DNA from: Chiloscyllium plagiosum
Taxonomy: Eukaryota
Reading direction: 5' to 3'
Assembly (NCBI RefSeq): GCF_004010195.1
Contig: NC_057718.1
Coordinates: forward strand, 96,966,079-97,030,078
Length of the DNA stretch: 64,000 bases
Under the pieces are notes generated by a model that had not been told where the DNA came from, ran no database searches, and was given only the letters and a program-made list of their open reading frames with translations. A program made the position numbers and the translations under genes. Position 1 is the stretch's first letter. Each line of letters opens with the position of its first letter. This document shows, in pieces, positions 26,781-40,114 of this stretch.

Positions 26781-29034
26781 AGATGGGCTTGACATTTTGT
26801 CACAAATCTTCCATCGATTAGAGTCATGCAGTACGGAAACAGACCCTGAGATGATTCTGCTCCATGTGCACACACCATGCGCTGTTCTCAACAGAACAAA
26901 AGTTTGGGAATAGCCATTCCCTTGTGTGTTACATAAGTCAAGACTTGACCGATCAGAGTTGGACCGAGGAGTCTGTTCCGGTGCTATTTGGGTGCGCTGC
27001 TTCATCGGTTCAATTCTTACCTTTGTATAACGACACGGAATCAGGGGAAGATGGTGGCACAGTAATCCAGAGGCCTACTTACTGCTGTGGGGCATGGGTC
27101 CAACTCCCAGCATGACGTATTTAAACAAAAGCTACAGTTCCGTAGATGGATTACAACAAAGCTTCACCAGACCGAGACCTGGGATGATAAGTTTTTTGTA
27201 TGAAGAGTCAGAGGGCCTGTGTTTCATGGAGTTTAGAAGAACTAAGGAAAATCATATTAAAGCATCTAAAATTCAGCGAGGGCTGGACATCCTGGCTGTC
27301 TGCACAGGCCCCAGGAAGGGGGTTGGAAAGGGGAGAAGAGGTTACCCTATCAGGATATGCATTAGGCCCTATCGGGCAGGGATGAGATATTTCCTCACAC
27401 AAAGAGTCAATCTATGGAATTCTCAACCACTCAAGGCTGTGGAGGCAATTTTACTGAATATACTTAAGCAAGAAATAAATACATCGAGAAGCTAAAGGTC
27501 TGGGGAGGGGGAGGGACTATGGCACTGAGGTAGAGGATCAGCATTGACCATGTTGAATGGTGGAGTGGGCTCGATTGGCCAAATAGTCTACACCCACTCT
27601 TATTTTCTGTGCTTTCCTGGTGCACTGTCTGTGCCAATGCCTTGACCAACTAATTAAAACTTTCTTCTCGTGAAGTGTAAATTGTTGTCCCCATTGAGAT
27701 TTGATGTTCTTGTGATTGTGTCCCGATGAGTGCAGGACCAAAAACAAAGAAGGTACCGAGCCATTATAAATTAGCCTACGTTCCAATGGAACAGAGATGT
27801 TGCAGAATACAGGGAGGTGGTGATGTACTGGTATAGTGACTAGATTAGTAATCCAGAAAACCAGGCTGACTTGGGTTTGAATCCTACTATAGCTAATGAT
27901 GAAATTTAAATTGAACAACAGTATAGTGGCCTTTTGATCATAATGTGGCCATTGTGGTTTGTATCACACGTGGAAATCTGCTGTCTTAACCAGTCTGGAT
28001 ACATGTGGAGACAGCACTCTGAAAGCTAGTGCTTCCAAAATAAACCTGTTGGACTATAACCTGGTATTGTGTGATTTTTAACTTTGTCCACCCCAATCCA
28101 CCATTGGCTCCTCCACACAGTAGGATGAGCACTTTAAAACAAAGGATAAGTTGTCAGATGACGTCAGAGCCGCCTTCAATCCCGACCTGACCCCACATGG
28201 GAAACCCAGGCCCTCGAGTAAGGACCTTGAGTGTAAAGGTCAAGACACATACTCCATGCTTTTCCACACATTGAAACAGATGGATTGAACATCTCAAACT
28301 GTGCTGCCTGCAGTTTGCCGGAGAAAGTTTCACTCCATTAATTTTTCTCTTGAATGCCATCACACCAAAGACAGCAGCGTTTTCTCACAGAGAACCAGAA
28401 GATTACAGGTCCATTTCTCAAACACTGTTTTCACAGAGCAGACTTCTTTGCTGCTTTATGATGGACGACAGCCAGAAACCTTCACCTTTAATAATCATAG
28501 CGACAGAACTTCTTCTATAATTTAAGACAGTAAATTTTAATCTTTTAAAATGATGAGCTTATCTTGCCTGCAAATGCTGTGCAACAAAGTACATATTGGT
28601 TCAGCTCTCGGCCAGATTAATGTCATCGCCATTTCATCATTCCTCTGCTAAGTAAATTTTGACAAGTAAAGGCTGAAAAATGCGAGGAAATGTTTTGCAG
28701 ATCAAGCCACTTGTACGTCTGACAGTGTGTTTCACTTTCAAAGTTAACCTTCTGCTGCAGGGTCGCTCATTTGGAAGGTTATCGTGGATTCTCTCTCCAC
28801 AGATGCTGCATAATCTGCCAGGCTTTTAAAATATTTTGTCATGCTTTTTTTAAATCAAAATGCTTTTGGACTCATTCCTCTGTTATCAGCGTGTGGCACC
28901 TTGTGATCTGTTACAAGAATCTATTGTTTCCAACATTATTATTCTGGTGACCTGCAATTTGAATGTTTCTTACATCTGTGAATGTCCTCTAAATCGACAC
29001 ACTTCTAGATTATTCTGGAAGCACTTGTCTGATG

Positions 29035-29300
29035 CCAAGACTAGGGGGCATATTTTTTAAGGTGAGAGGGGAGAGATTTAAAAAAGACATGAGAGGCAAA
29101 TCTTTTATATAGAGGGTGGTTCGTGTATGAAATGAACTTCCTGAGGAAGTGGTGGATGCTGGTAAAGGCACTTAGATAAGTACATGTATCGGAAAAATTT
29201 GAGGGATATGGGCCAGGAGCAGGAAGGTGGGACTAGTTCAGTTTGGGATTACTTTGGTATGGGCTGGTTGGGCCTAAGGGCCTGTTTCCGTCCTGTGTGA
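29035..29300 (+). mobile_element. CR1 3' tail
   Basis: actagggggcatat...tgaacttcctgaggaagtgg; typical CR1 3' UTR. Confidence 0.85.
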
Positions 29301-29989
29301 CACATCAACTAATTTTCCGATCCAATTTTTCTCAAGTCTCTCTTCGGATGGGGGTATCGCTGACCAGGTTGGTATTTGCCACCCATCCCTAATTACCCCT
29401 GAAATGAGTGGCTTGCTGGGACCACTTCAGGAGGCAGTAAAGAGTCAACTTAGCCATGGATCTGGACTCACATGTCGGCTGGACCAGGTGAGGGCAGCAG
29501 ATTTCCTTCCCTGAAGGACATTAGGAAACCAGGTGAGTTTTTGCAACGATCATGAGAGATAGCTTTGGTGAATAGAGTGAAAGAGAATCCAAAGATATTC
29601 TATTTTACTAGTTAAACGGTAAACATTTATTACATGGTAATTATTGGCTATTTCCAGTCCATTCAAGATATTTGATCATCTCTTGTGAGGCATGAGGCCT
29701 AATTCAAGAGTAACTTCACATTACAGTTTTAGCAATGTGCAGCTAGCATTATTTAGGGAATGCTGCATGATTTGTAGCAAGCACAGAAGAACTGGTTAGC
29801 TCTTCTCAGGATGTGTCCTTTATGTTCTAATGGGTGGAGCTCCTTTGTTAGTAAGTCAGTTAACCCATTCAGGTACTGATTGCTTTACGTAGCAATCCCC
29901 CCACATCAGCTGCAGGTCAGGAAGAAGGATTGACAGCCGCACCATTCAAGAGCTGCTGTTTTACTGACTGCTCCTCCCACATCATAAAA

Positions 29990-30625
29990 ATGTAGAGAAT
30001 AGGAGGAGGCCGTTCAGCCCTTCAAGCCTGCACTGCCATTCAACATGATCATGTCTGATTGCCCCACTCAGTCCCCTGTTACCCACTTTCTCCCAAAAAC
30101 CTTTGATCCCTTTAGACCTAAAAACTCTATGTCACAGTTTTTTTGAGACCAGTAGCCTCAAATGCTTTTTGAGGTGGAGAATTCTACAGTCTCACTGCTT
30201 TCTCTGGGTGAAGAAATTTCTCTTCATCTCAATCCTAAATGGCTAACCATGTATTCTTGAAATGATCCCTGGTTCAAAACCCTCCAACCATTGTGAATAT
30301 CCTTTGTGTTTATCCTTTTCAGTCCTTTTGGAATTTTATAGATTTCCAAGAGATATACCTCCCTTTCCTCTAAACTCCAATGAATATATTGCTAACCGAT
30401 CCAGTTTCTCTTCATTCTTCAGTCCTGCCAAGTCCAGGATCAGTCTGGAAGATATTTGTTGGACTGTCTCCATGAGGCAGAATCCAGCCATCAGATAAGA
30501 AAGCAAAATCTGCGCACAATGCTTTAGGTGTGATCTCTCCTCAGCAAGACCTCATGCTCCTGTACTCCAATCCTCTCGCTCTGAAGGACAGCGTTCCGTT
30601 TGCCTTCTTCATCACTTCTGTGCCT
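29990..30625 (-). mobile_element. Old CR1-type LINE 3' fragment
   Basis: Tail ggaggccgttcagccc; gggtgaagaaatttctc; same family as 11245-11712. Confidence 0.7.
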
Positions 30626-30774
30626 GCTCACAATGATCCTGGCGTATTTGGAGGTTATGTCCGATATTCTGGAATATTTGGTTCTGAAAGGATGTGCTTG
30701 CTTTCTCTCTCACGGCCCGTCATGCGATTGACCCTACTGTGTTTGAAATCCAAGAAGTCATGTGTCCATCTCTA

Positions 30775-31272
30775 GTCACCCTGTTATAGGAAGGATATTA
30801 TTAAGCTAGGAGAGGCTTCATAAGTGATTTACCAGGATGTTGCTGGGAATGAAGGGTTTGAGTTATGGGGAGAGGCTGGATAGGCTGGGACTTTTTCCCT
30901 GGAGTGTAAGAGGTTGAGGAGTCAGCTTATAGAGGTTAATAAAACCATGGCGGGTATAGATAGGATGAATGGCAAATGTCTTTTCTCTAGGGTAAGGGAT
31001 TTCAAGACTAGGTGGCATATTTTTAAGGTGAGAGGGAAAAGATTTAGAAAAGACATGAGGGGTGACTTTTTTTTCACACTGTGGTTTATGTGTGGAATGA
31101 ACTTCCACAGAAAGTGATGGATGTGGGTACAGTTAGAAAAATATTTAGATAAGTACATGAATAGGAAATGTTTGGAAGGATGTGGGCTGGGAGCAGGGAG
31201 GTGGGACCAGTTTAGTTTGGGATTATGGTCAGCGTGGACCAAAGGGTCTGTTTCCATGCTGTATGCCTCTAT
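30775..31272 (+). mobile_element. CR1 3' fragment
   Basis: LIEVNKTMAGIDRMN...KTRWHIFKVRG plus 3' UTR. Confidence 0.88.
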
Positions 31273-31409
31273 GTCTTTGAGATGGGTGGATTTACACTTC
31301 ACAAAGGACCATGCGAATGTATGCTTCACTATGATGAAGCGTTTGTTAAATGATGACACTGCTGAAGTTGATTTAATAACCGCTGGTGGCTCAAGTCGAA
31401 TGATGCCTG

Positions 31410-31830
31410 GTTATTCTGCTGGATCTTGTTTCCAGCAGTGCGGCTTGTCAGGCAGGCTGTGTGGGTGATCTGTACTGATGAAACTAATTGAGCGACCAAC
31501 ACGAGATAAGTTGTTAAATAATTAGCGGCATCTGCTCTGTGTCATACCTGCAGTACCCTGAGCGGATGGACAACCTGCTCGTTGCTAATGAAGAGGAAAG
31601 AGATTGCGATGTCTATCTTGCTGCTGCATTGCAAAAATAAATGCAGACTCATGTACTGATGTATTGAATACGGTTTGGAAAGGATTGTTGCATTTGGAAA
31701 ATGTACTTGCTGGACTGTAAATAACACTGTACCTCAACATTCATAGGCTCAGCACAGGCCAGTAATGTGCTATCCAGAGTCAAAATGCATTAAGTGCTAA
31801 ATCAGGAGTTGTGATGAGAGCAAGTAACCA
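31410..31830. repeat. Left arm of an inverted duplicated non-coding element (core 31445-31586)
   Basis: Reverse complement of 40115-40535; core differs by 9 substitutions and 1 indel over 142 bp (manual alignment). Confidence 0.92.
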
Positions 31831-31949
31831 AAATGTCAAACACACCCTGGAGCTGTATCGCGACCTCTTTTGACTTGCATTTTATTTCCACTGTCCCTGT
31901 GGACAGCAACAACAGGGTTGGCAGGGAAGGAGTGAGCGAGTGAGACAAA

Positions 31950-32150
31950 TCAAACGCAGAAGTAAACTGCGGACGCTGGAAATCAGAAGCAGATTGTTGG
32001 AGGAGCTCAGCAGGTCTGCGGAGAGAGAAACAGAGCCAATGGTCCAAGTCCAGGGACTCATCTCTGAAGAAGGGCTGCTGGACTTGAAACTCTGTTCCTC
32101 TCTCCACCAGACCTGCTGGGCTTCTCCAGCACTTCCTGCTTTTGTCTGAG
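31950..32150. mobile_element. Decayed hairpin mini-element (Penelope-like family C)
   Basis: Inverted arms ggaggagctcagcaggtctgcggagagagaaacagag / ctctgttcctctctccaccagacctgctgggcttctcc; CTGAAGAAGGG...GAAAC in the centre. Confidence 0.65.
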
Positions 32151-32379
32151 CTGAAGTCGGGTTGCTCTTTGGATAAGTCAGTGCAGACACAATGGGCTGA
32201 ATGGCCTCATGCTGAGCCTCCCTGTTCCATGAGTGATTTAGATTAGGGTATGATTGTAGTTTGTGTTGACAGTGAATGGCACTCCCATCCACTGATTATG
32301 AAAGGCAGGAATAAAACGTCCATCTCCTGCCTTTTTAAAAGGGGAGCAAAGGCAGTTTAATAGAGGTGCTTCCAGTATA

Positions 32380-32690
32380 GAATAGAATCCCCACAGCGCA
32401 AATAGAGGCTATTCGGCCCATCGGGTCTACACTGACCCTCTGAAGAGTATCCCACATCAACCCACATTTACTGCAGTTAACCCATCTACCCTGCATGCTT
32501 TTAGCTTTTAAGACCATTTTAGCAGAGCCTATCCATCTCACCTACACATCTTTGGACTGTGGGAGGAAACCCACACAGACACAGGGAGAATGTGCAAATT
32601 CCATGCAGACAGACAGTCACCCGAGGCTGGGATCGAACCCGAGTCCCTGGCACTGTGAGGCAGCAGTGCTAACCACTGAGCCACTTTGCC
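32380..32690 (-). mobile_element. HE1-like V-SINE
   Basis: tRNA head and V-domain on the minus strand. Confidence 0.85.
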
Positions 32691-33479
32691 GATCCAGTGT
32701 TCCTCAAGCCACGGTGTGGAGGAGCACCAAATCCTTCTGAACATTTGGAGCATCGTTTTTGTGTCACGTTGACATGCAGTGTGCTCAGACGCGAGCAAAC
32801 ATCACCAGCAAATTGATTACAGCTCTGTGGGTATCATCAGCTCTGCAAAATCAACAAACAGAAAAAGTCCTTGTGAATAGATTGTTGCTAAAGTGGTTGG
32901 TATTTGTCTGAAATAATTGGCATGTAGAAGACAATGAAGGAATTAGATAGAAATTACAACAGGCTGTTTGGATCTGTTGGTGTTTATTTTCCACTTGGGC
33001 AATCGTCCTGATTCTCAAAGGGCTCGATTTTAACTCACTCAGAATCCATTCATTTAGACACAGTCAGTTCCAGACCCGTGAGATTGTGTGTGTTCCCATG
33101 GCTTTAATCTTCCATCACTTCTTTAAAAATCCCACTCAGCTCCTGAAAAACCAGCTTCACAGTTCACATTTTCATTTATGTTTCAGGGAGTGAAATGGCC
33201 CTGGTTCTGTGGAGATGTTGTCAAAGTGATAATGTCACCCGATTTGTTTAAACTCAGCAGCTGGTAGATTGGAAATTCCGTGAATCCGTCCAGAATTCCA
33301 AGCTAGTCCCAATAATGGTTACCATGACCACTGCCTTTGGATCCTCATACTCAGCAGCAGTGGATCACGGCTTGAACAGTGCAAGGTGAAAATAGGTAAA
33401 GCCAGAGCATTAACACCAGCACAGGCTTCCTGCCGCATCCAACATCCATTTTGCCATCTCCCTGACAATTGCTAAGGAA

Positions 33480-33870
33480 CAGGCAGCATGATGGCTCAGT
33501 GGTTAGCACTGCTGCCTCACAGCGCCAGGGACTCTGGTTCGATTCCAGCCTCGGGTGACTGTCTGTCTGTGTGGAGTTTGCACATTCTCCCCGTGTCTGC
33601 ATGGGTTTCCTCTGAGTGCTCCGGTTTCCTCCTACAATCCAAAGATGTGCCGGTTAGGGTGGATTGGCCATGGGAAATTGCCCATTGTGTCCAGGGATTT
33701 GCAGGTTAGGGTGGATTGGCCATGTTAAACACTCATGCTGTGCAGGGTAGCTGGGAAATCCACTGGAAATGCAGGTTTATGGGGATGGGATGGAACTGGG
33801 TGGGATGGACTTTGGAGGGTCGGTGTGGACTCAATGGGCTGAATGGCCTGCTTTCATTCTGTCGGGATTG
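33480..33870 (+). mobile_element. HE1-like V-SINE with internal duplication
   Basis: tRNA head and V-domain; ggttagggtggattggccatg occurs twice. Confidence 0.85.
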
Positions 33871-34029
33871 TAACTGGCTTCAGAATAACAAGTTCTAACC
33901 TCATTTCGAAAATAAAAACCGAACGAACTGCAGATGTTGGAAATCAGAAACAAAAGCAGAAGTTGCTGTAAAAGCTCAGCCAGTCTGGCAGCATTTGTGG
34001 AGAGAAATCCTGGAGTTAATGTTTCAAGT

Positions 34030-35047
34030 CATAGTCATAGAGATGTACAGCATGGAAACTGATCCTTCGGTCCAACCAGATATGCCAACCCAATCTAGTC
34101 CCACCTGCTAGCACCCGGCCCATACCCCTCCAAACCCTTCCTATTGATATACCCATCCAGATGCCTCTTAAATGTCGCAATTGTTCCAGCCTCCATCACT
34201 TCCTCTGGCAGCTCATTCCATACACGTACCACTCTCTGTGTGAAAATGTTGCCCCGTAGGTATCTTTTATATATTTCCCCTCTCACCCTAAACCTATGCT
34301 CTCTAGTTCTGGACTCCCCGACCCCAGGGAAAAGACTTTGCCGATTTACCCTATTCATGCCCCTCATAATTTTGTAAACCTCTATAAGGTCACCCCTCAG
34401 CCTCCGACGCTCCAGGGAAAACAGCCCCAGCCTATTCAGCCTCTCCCTATAGCTCAGATCCTCCAACCCTGGCAACATCNNNNNNNNNNNNNNNNNNNNN
34501 NNNNNNNNNNNNNNNNNNNNNNNNNNNNNNNNNNNNNNNNNNNNNNNNNNNNNNNNNNNNNNNNNNNNNNNNNNNCATCCAAATCATTTATGTAAATGAC
34601 AAAAGGTAGAGGACCCAGCACCGATCCTTGTGACACTCCACTGGGCACAGGCCTCCAGTCTGAAAAACAACCCTCATCACCACCCTCTGTCTTCTACCTT
34701 TGAGCCAGTTCTGTATCCAAATGGCTAGTTCTCCCTGTATTCCATGAGGTCTAACCTTGCCCATCAGTCTCCCATGGGTAACCTTGTCGAACGCCTTACT
34801 GAAGTCCATACAGATCACATTTACCGCTCTGCCCTCATCAATCGTCTTTGTTACTTCCCCAAAAAACTCAATCAAATTTGTGAGACATGATTTCCCACGC
34901 ACAAAGCCATGTTGACTATCCCTAATCAGTCCTTGCCTTTCCAAATACATGTACATCCTGTCCCTCAGGATTCCTCCAACAACGTTGCCATCACCGACGT
35001 CAGGCTCACTGGTCTATAGTTCCCCGGGCTTGTCCTTACTGCCCTTC
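34030..35047 (-). mobile_element. Young CR1/HER1-type LINE fragment spanning an N gap
   Basis: [56 protein letters not shown]. Confidence 0.93.
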
Positions 35048-35299
35048 TTAAACAGGGATGTGCTCCTTCCAGTGATCCTTCCAGAGAACAGCTTGGTTTT
35101 GCTGCCTAGAAGCAGCATATATTTGTATTGGGCTCTGCAAACTCAAGCTTCCCACAGCTTTTGGATTACAGTGACAGGAAACTTGGCAACCCCAATCTTC
35201 GGCTAAGCCTCTCCCCAGCTTGTTCGCCACCTTTTCTCCCATAGAATGAAACATTGTGATTTGTTTGTTTGTAATTTAGCATTCTTGTGATGGTCCTGA

Positions 35300-35662
35300 G
35301 TCGCAGCAGTGTGTACCATCTACAAGATGCTCTGCAGGAATTCACCGAAGATCCTGGGTCAGCACCTTCCAAACCCACAACCATATACATCTCGCAGGAC
35401 AGAGGCAGCAGGTATAAGGGAACACCGTCCCCACCTGTGAGTTCCCCTCCAAACCACTCATCATGCTGATTTGGAAATATCTCACTGTCCCTGGGTCTAA
35501 ATCTTAGGGACAAATTTCTCCCTCAGGGCATTGTGGTCTACCTGAAGCACATGGACTGTCAAGATGGCAGCTCACCCCCACCTTCTCCAGGGCACTAGGG
35601 ATGGGCAATAAATGCTGGCCCAGGCAGCGATGCCCATATCCCATGGATGAAATAAGAAAAAA
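35300..35662 (+). mobile_element. L2-type LINE 3' fragment
   Basis: gcagtgtgtaccatctacaagatg...gggcaataaatgctggccc tail; related copies at 26190-26580, 39447-39690 and 57580-57940. Confidence 0.7.
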
Positions 35663-38600
35663 AGTGCAAGACCAAGAGCTTTGACAACATGTTCTGGTCA
35701 GTCATGTTCAAGTCCTTTACTATGAAGTGACTTTTTAATTACATAATCGTGTGGCTGCAATCAAGAGTCCAAATCCTCATGGGCTTCCTTTCAGTCTGAC
35801 ACTGGGTTCACCTGCAGTGACCTTCAGTACATTCCCTACAGATCTAGCTCGTAGATGACTACTCGATAGCGCTGCATGGCCCTGCATCTGCCTCTCCATT
35901 CCTGGTGAAGGAGGCACTGTGTAAGCCAGCTGTCCAACCTCACTGCATTGAGGTATAAGCCAACATTTCCAGGTTGCCTCATGATTATCTGTGAGTTAGC
36001 ATGGGAGGGCTATTCAATCAACTTCGAGCTCAGTCCGAATTTAATCCATCTGAACTGTAGCTGTAGATAGGTAGTTGTAGAATTCTGAAATTGTGACGCC
36101 CATTGGTGCTAGGCAATTGCCACCAACACAAAGTTGCAGCTTGAATCTGAGCCTGATTGGACTATAAGCATTCATGATCTACAACGTTAGGCCCTTCTAA
36201 CATCTCAAAAATGTGTTTAAAATTCAAGCTACACTTGTTGCTCAAACAGCCTATTTTTTCATTGCCTTTCTGTGACCTTTGAGCACCTGCAATAGCCCCT
36301 TCTGTGATGATGATGAACTTTGTCTTCTTTGGTCAAGAACTGGACTAATGTATTTAATGATATTGGAGTGAGGTAGGCAGGAATGCCAGAAGAGCTATTG
36401 GGCCAACGACTGTCATTGTACGTTGTCTGTCGCTCTAAGCATAAATATATTGTATCGTTGACATAATACAATAGTTACATTGACTTTCTCTTTTAATGAT
36501 CTTTTGGGTGGATCATTTTCTTTTTGTGATTGAGGCAAAGTTGAGATACCTCTTGTACAGCTTTGCTGTCAACTCCATACAGCATATTGTCGTTTGTCGT
36601 GTTGTTATTGCCTGTTTTTTTTTCCACCCAGAATTAATTTTCCTTCATTCAGTGAGTGGATTAGCTAGCAATGTGCCGTGCTGCTGTTTGATAAATTATT
36701 GCCCCAATAGCCTTTTTTCTCCTGGCCACTTGATACATCTTCACATTTTCTTTTCCACACTCGGTTTGCTTTGCCAGACCTTTTCATTACTTGATTTATT
36801 TTTCAATCTTTCCTTCTGTCAGGTTTTGTGACATTTTTACTGAAATAACTTCCAGTCAATAACTTGTAAAACCTGACTTCAGAATACCAACCCAATGTAA
36901 TAATGGGGTCTTGGAACCAGATGCAGATGATTCTATTTCCTGATGATCATTGTTCAATATTACTCATGACTCAAACGCCTTTCCTTTGAACAGCTCAGGG
37001 ATGAAAAATGAATCTCCAGGAAAGTCTGCTGCTGTTGTGATTTTCTGTTGATCATTTCCAAGATGTTGGGACTTCCTCCCAGAGTCCCACGTTGGCCAGA
37101 CAAACGATCTGAGCTCTGAAAAGAAATCCCACAGGAAAACAAACCCTTTTATCAGAAGCGGCAATGTTTTTCTGCCTGAACTAAATATAGCAGTGTATAA
37201 ATAATAAGATCATAATGCAAACCAAACTAACTTGCATGCTACGTAGTAATATCCTTTGTAAGATTTTGTCAACCAAAAAGGATGTTGATGTCGTTGGTGA
37301 TTGTAAAACACTTGATTAAGAAACACCAGTCTAAATATGAGGCATAAGCTCAGGCTAAATAAACATATGACCTATAACAGCTGAGAACATTAGGACAGAT
37401 GGATGGCATTTTCCTTATATGTTCTTTTGAGACATACGATTCCTAGGGGAATTGACAGGGTAGAAGCTGAGAGATTTGTTTCACCTTCTGGGAGAGTCTT
37501 GGACCAGACGACATAATCTCAGAATAAGGGGCTCATAAATCCATTAGTTATAGAACAGGAGTAGGCCATTCAGCCCCTCAAGCTTGCTCCACCATTCAAT
37601 GCTATCATGGTTGATTCGACATTCCTCCCATCCCTTTTCTGCCTGCTTCTGTTACCTTTAATTCCCGACAGATCATACATCTGTCTGTCTCAGCCCTGAA
37701 TATACACAAGGGTTATATACATGATTTAAATTATTCACGTTTAAAGGTTAGAGATTAGTGAAGAATGTGAAGAACTACTTTTCTCAAGTTGCAAATATCA
37801 AGCACCCAGAGTTCGCGGTCCATGAGGGTGGTGGAAGTGGAGATGGTCAATGGTTTCAGAAGGAGATTGGATGGACAACTTAATGATAACGTGAAGAGGT
37901 TTACATGGGTGGGGGGGAACAGCACTGACCGGATTGCTGGAGACTCGATGGGCCGAATGGCCTCGTTCTGGGCCATAACTAACTCTGCGACTTCTAAATG
38001 CTCAAATCATAGGTAGTGGATGGGGATGGGATAGGAAATCAAAGTAGAAAAATGTTGCACTGAGCAACTAGAGATCGGGGAAACGTAAAGTTAAATGAAA
38101 TGGCAATAACATGTAAGACCAGAGTAGGCTATTCTACTCATCAAGTATACTCTGCTGATCAGATAATCCTGGGTTGGGATATCTGGTTGGCATGGAAGTG
38201 TTGTGATGTAAAGGATTCCAAAGATTTACCAACCTCAGAAAAAAAATTGATCCTTATCTCAGTTCTTGAAATGGGCGACCCCTCATAGTTCCTTGAACGT
38301 AGAGTTACAAGTAGATAGGATAGTGAAGAAGGCATTTGGTATGCTTTCCTTTATTGGTTCAATGCATTGATTTTGGGATGGGATGTCATGTTGCAGCTAT
38401 ACAGGACATTGGTTAAGCCATTTTTGAAATATTGTGAGCAAATCTGTTCCCCCTGCTATCTAACTGGGCGGTATCATTTTTCTGCCTTTAGCTGCCAATG
38501 CATTTCTTAGCAGCTCACTCATGTCCCTTCGGAAATTGCTGGTGAAACTCCGGTATGGCAGAAACCAGGGAGAGAAAAACAGTTGATGTTTCAGGGGTTG

Positions 38601-39077
38601 TGATCTCATGTGAGCCTTGTCTGATCCTGTCTCTCAACGGATGCAGTCAAACCAGCTGAATGTTTCCAACATCGTCTGCTTTTAGTCTATGTCTTCAGTT
38701 TTCTGACTAGTTATTGCTCGGTCGTGCGCATATACACTTGAGATCTCCCTCTTGGACTTTCGCAGCATTTGCTCATGTGTGCCCCCAGCCTTCAGTAATT
38801 CCCTCCATAAACCTCTGTGTCTCCTCCACATCCATTTCCCCCTAGATACCATTTATCAACCAAGCCTTTGGTGCTCCGCCCATGTCTCATAGACTCATGG
38901 AATAGGGCAGGACGGGAGACCATTCAGCCCATTGAGTCTGCACTGGCTGTTTGGAAGAGTAATCCCCCTCCTCCATTCTTTCCCCACAGCGCTGTGAAAT
39001 GAGCTTGATGTTTACTGACATTGAAAATAAAAACAGCTGCGTCCCCTCTGTTGGAGTCAGATATAATTCTTGGGGCT

Positions 39078-39400
39078 TCCTTGGAGAAGGAGCACGCGGT
39101 GTCCACCAACACCCTGGAGTTGTTCATGGAGAGGTGGGCGCTGCAGGGAGTGGTGCGCATTATTTCTCCCTCCAACTCTTATTTTGATTTAATCCCTGCC
39201 TCCCCTTCACTGTTTGATCACACAGCATTGCCCTTTGATGTGAAGGACACTGCTTGTCACTGGCCACTCGGGTGTTTTCCTATCTTCCTGGTGGTGGAAA
39301 TTGAATAAAGATTCGTGCACCTTGTGTCCCTCACTGTGTCTCACACCTGCACACACACAACATGGATGCTGGAGAAAAAATAAAAAAAAGAAAGAAAAAA
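39078..39400 (+). mobile_element. 5'-truncated Tx1/L1-type LINE 3' end
   Basis: 13-bp TSD AATTCTTGGGGCT at 39065-39077 and 39401-39413; SLEKEHAVSTNTLELFMERWA C-terminus; AATAAA and A-rich tail. Confidence 0.75.
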
Positions 39401-39709
39401 AATTCTTGGGGCTGAAGGGATCAAAGAGTATGGGGGAGAAAGTGGGAACACCACCACCTATGATTGCCCTCCAAACCACCCACATTCCTGGCTTGGAAAT
39501 ATCTCGCTGTTCCTTCACTGTCGCTGGGTCAAAATCCTGGAATTGCGTCCAAATGGCATTCTGGGTCAACGACAGAACAGGGACTCCAGTGGTTCAAGAA
39601 GGCAGTTCACCTTCTCTAGGGGCAACTGGGAACGGGCAATAAATGCTGGGTCCAGCCAGTGACGCACACAGTCCATGAGTGAATAGAAGAAAAGGGACTG
39701 TGTTGGATC

Positions 39710-40042
39710 ACAGAATCCCTACAATGTGGAATCAGGCCATTTGGCCCATCGCGTCCACGACGACCTTCTCAAGAGCATCCTATCTCACCTCCTAACCTAT
39801 CACCCCACATTTACCATGGCTGGTCCACTTAGCCTGCACATCCCAGGGCACTATGGGCAATTTCCCATGGCCAGCCCACCCTAACCTGCAAATCTTTGCT
39901 CTGTGGGAGGAACCTGAAACAAACCCCCACAGACACAGGGAGAGTGTGCAAGCTCCACACAGACATCACCCGAGGCTGGAATCGAACCCAGGTCCCTGGT
40001 GTTCTGAGGAAGCAGTGCTAATCAATGAGTCACCATGCCACC
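39710..40042 (-). mobile_element. HE1-like V-SINE
   Basis: V-domain and tRNA head on the minus strand. Confidence 0.82.
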
Positions 40043-40114
40043 CAGTCACAATCATATTGATAGGTGGAGCAGGCTGGAAGGGCCGAATGGTCTTCTCCTA
40101 TTTCCTCTGTAAGG

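Noticed and set aside
31475..31500. CTGATGAAAC in the inverted element as a hammerhead core
   Set aside because: No stem II followed by a downstream GAAA; it does not fit hammerhead topology.
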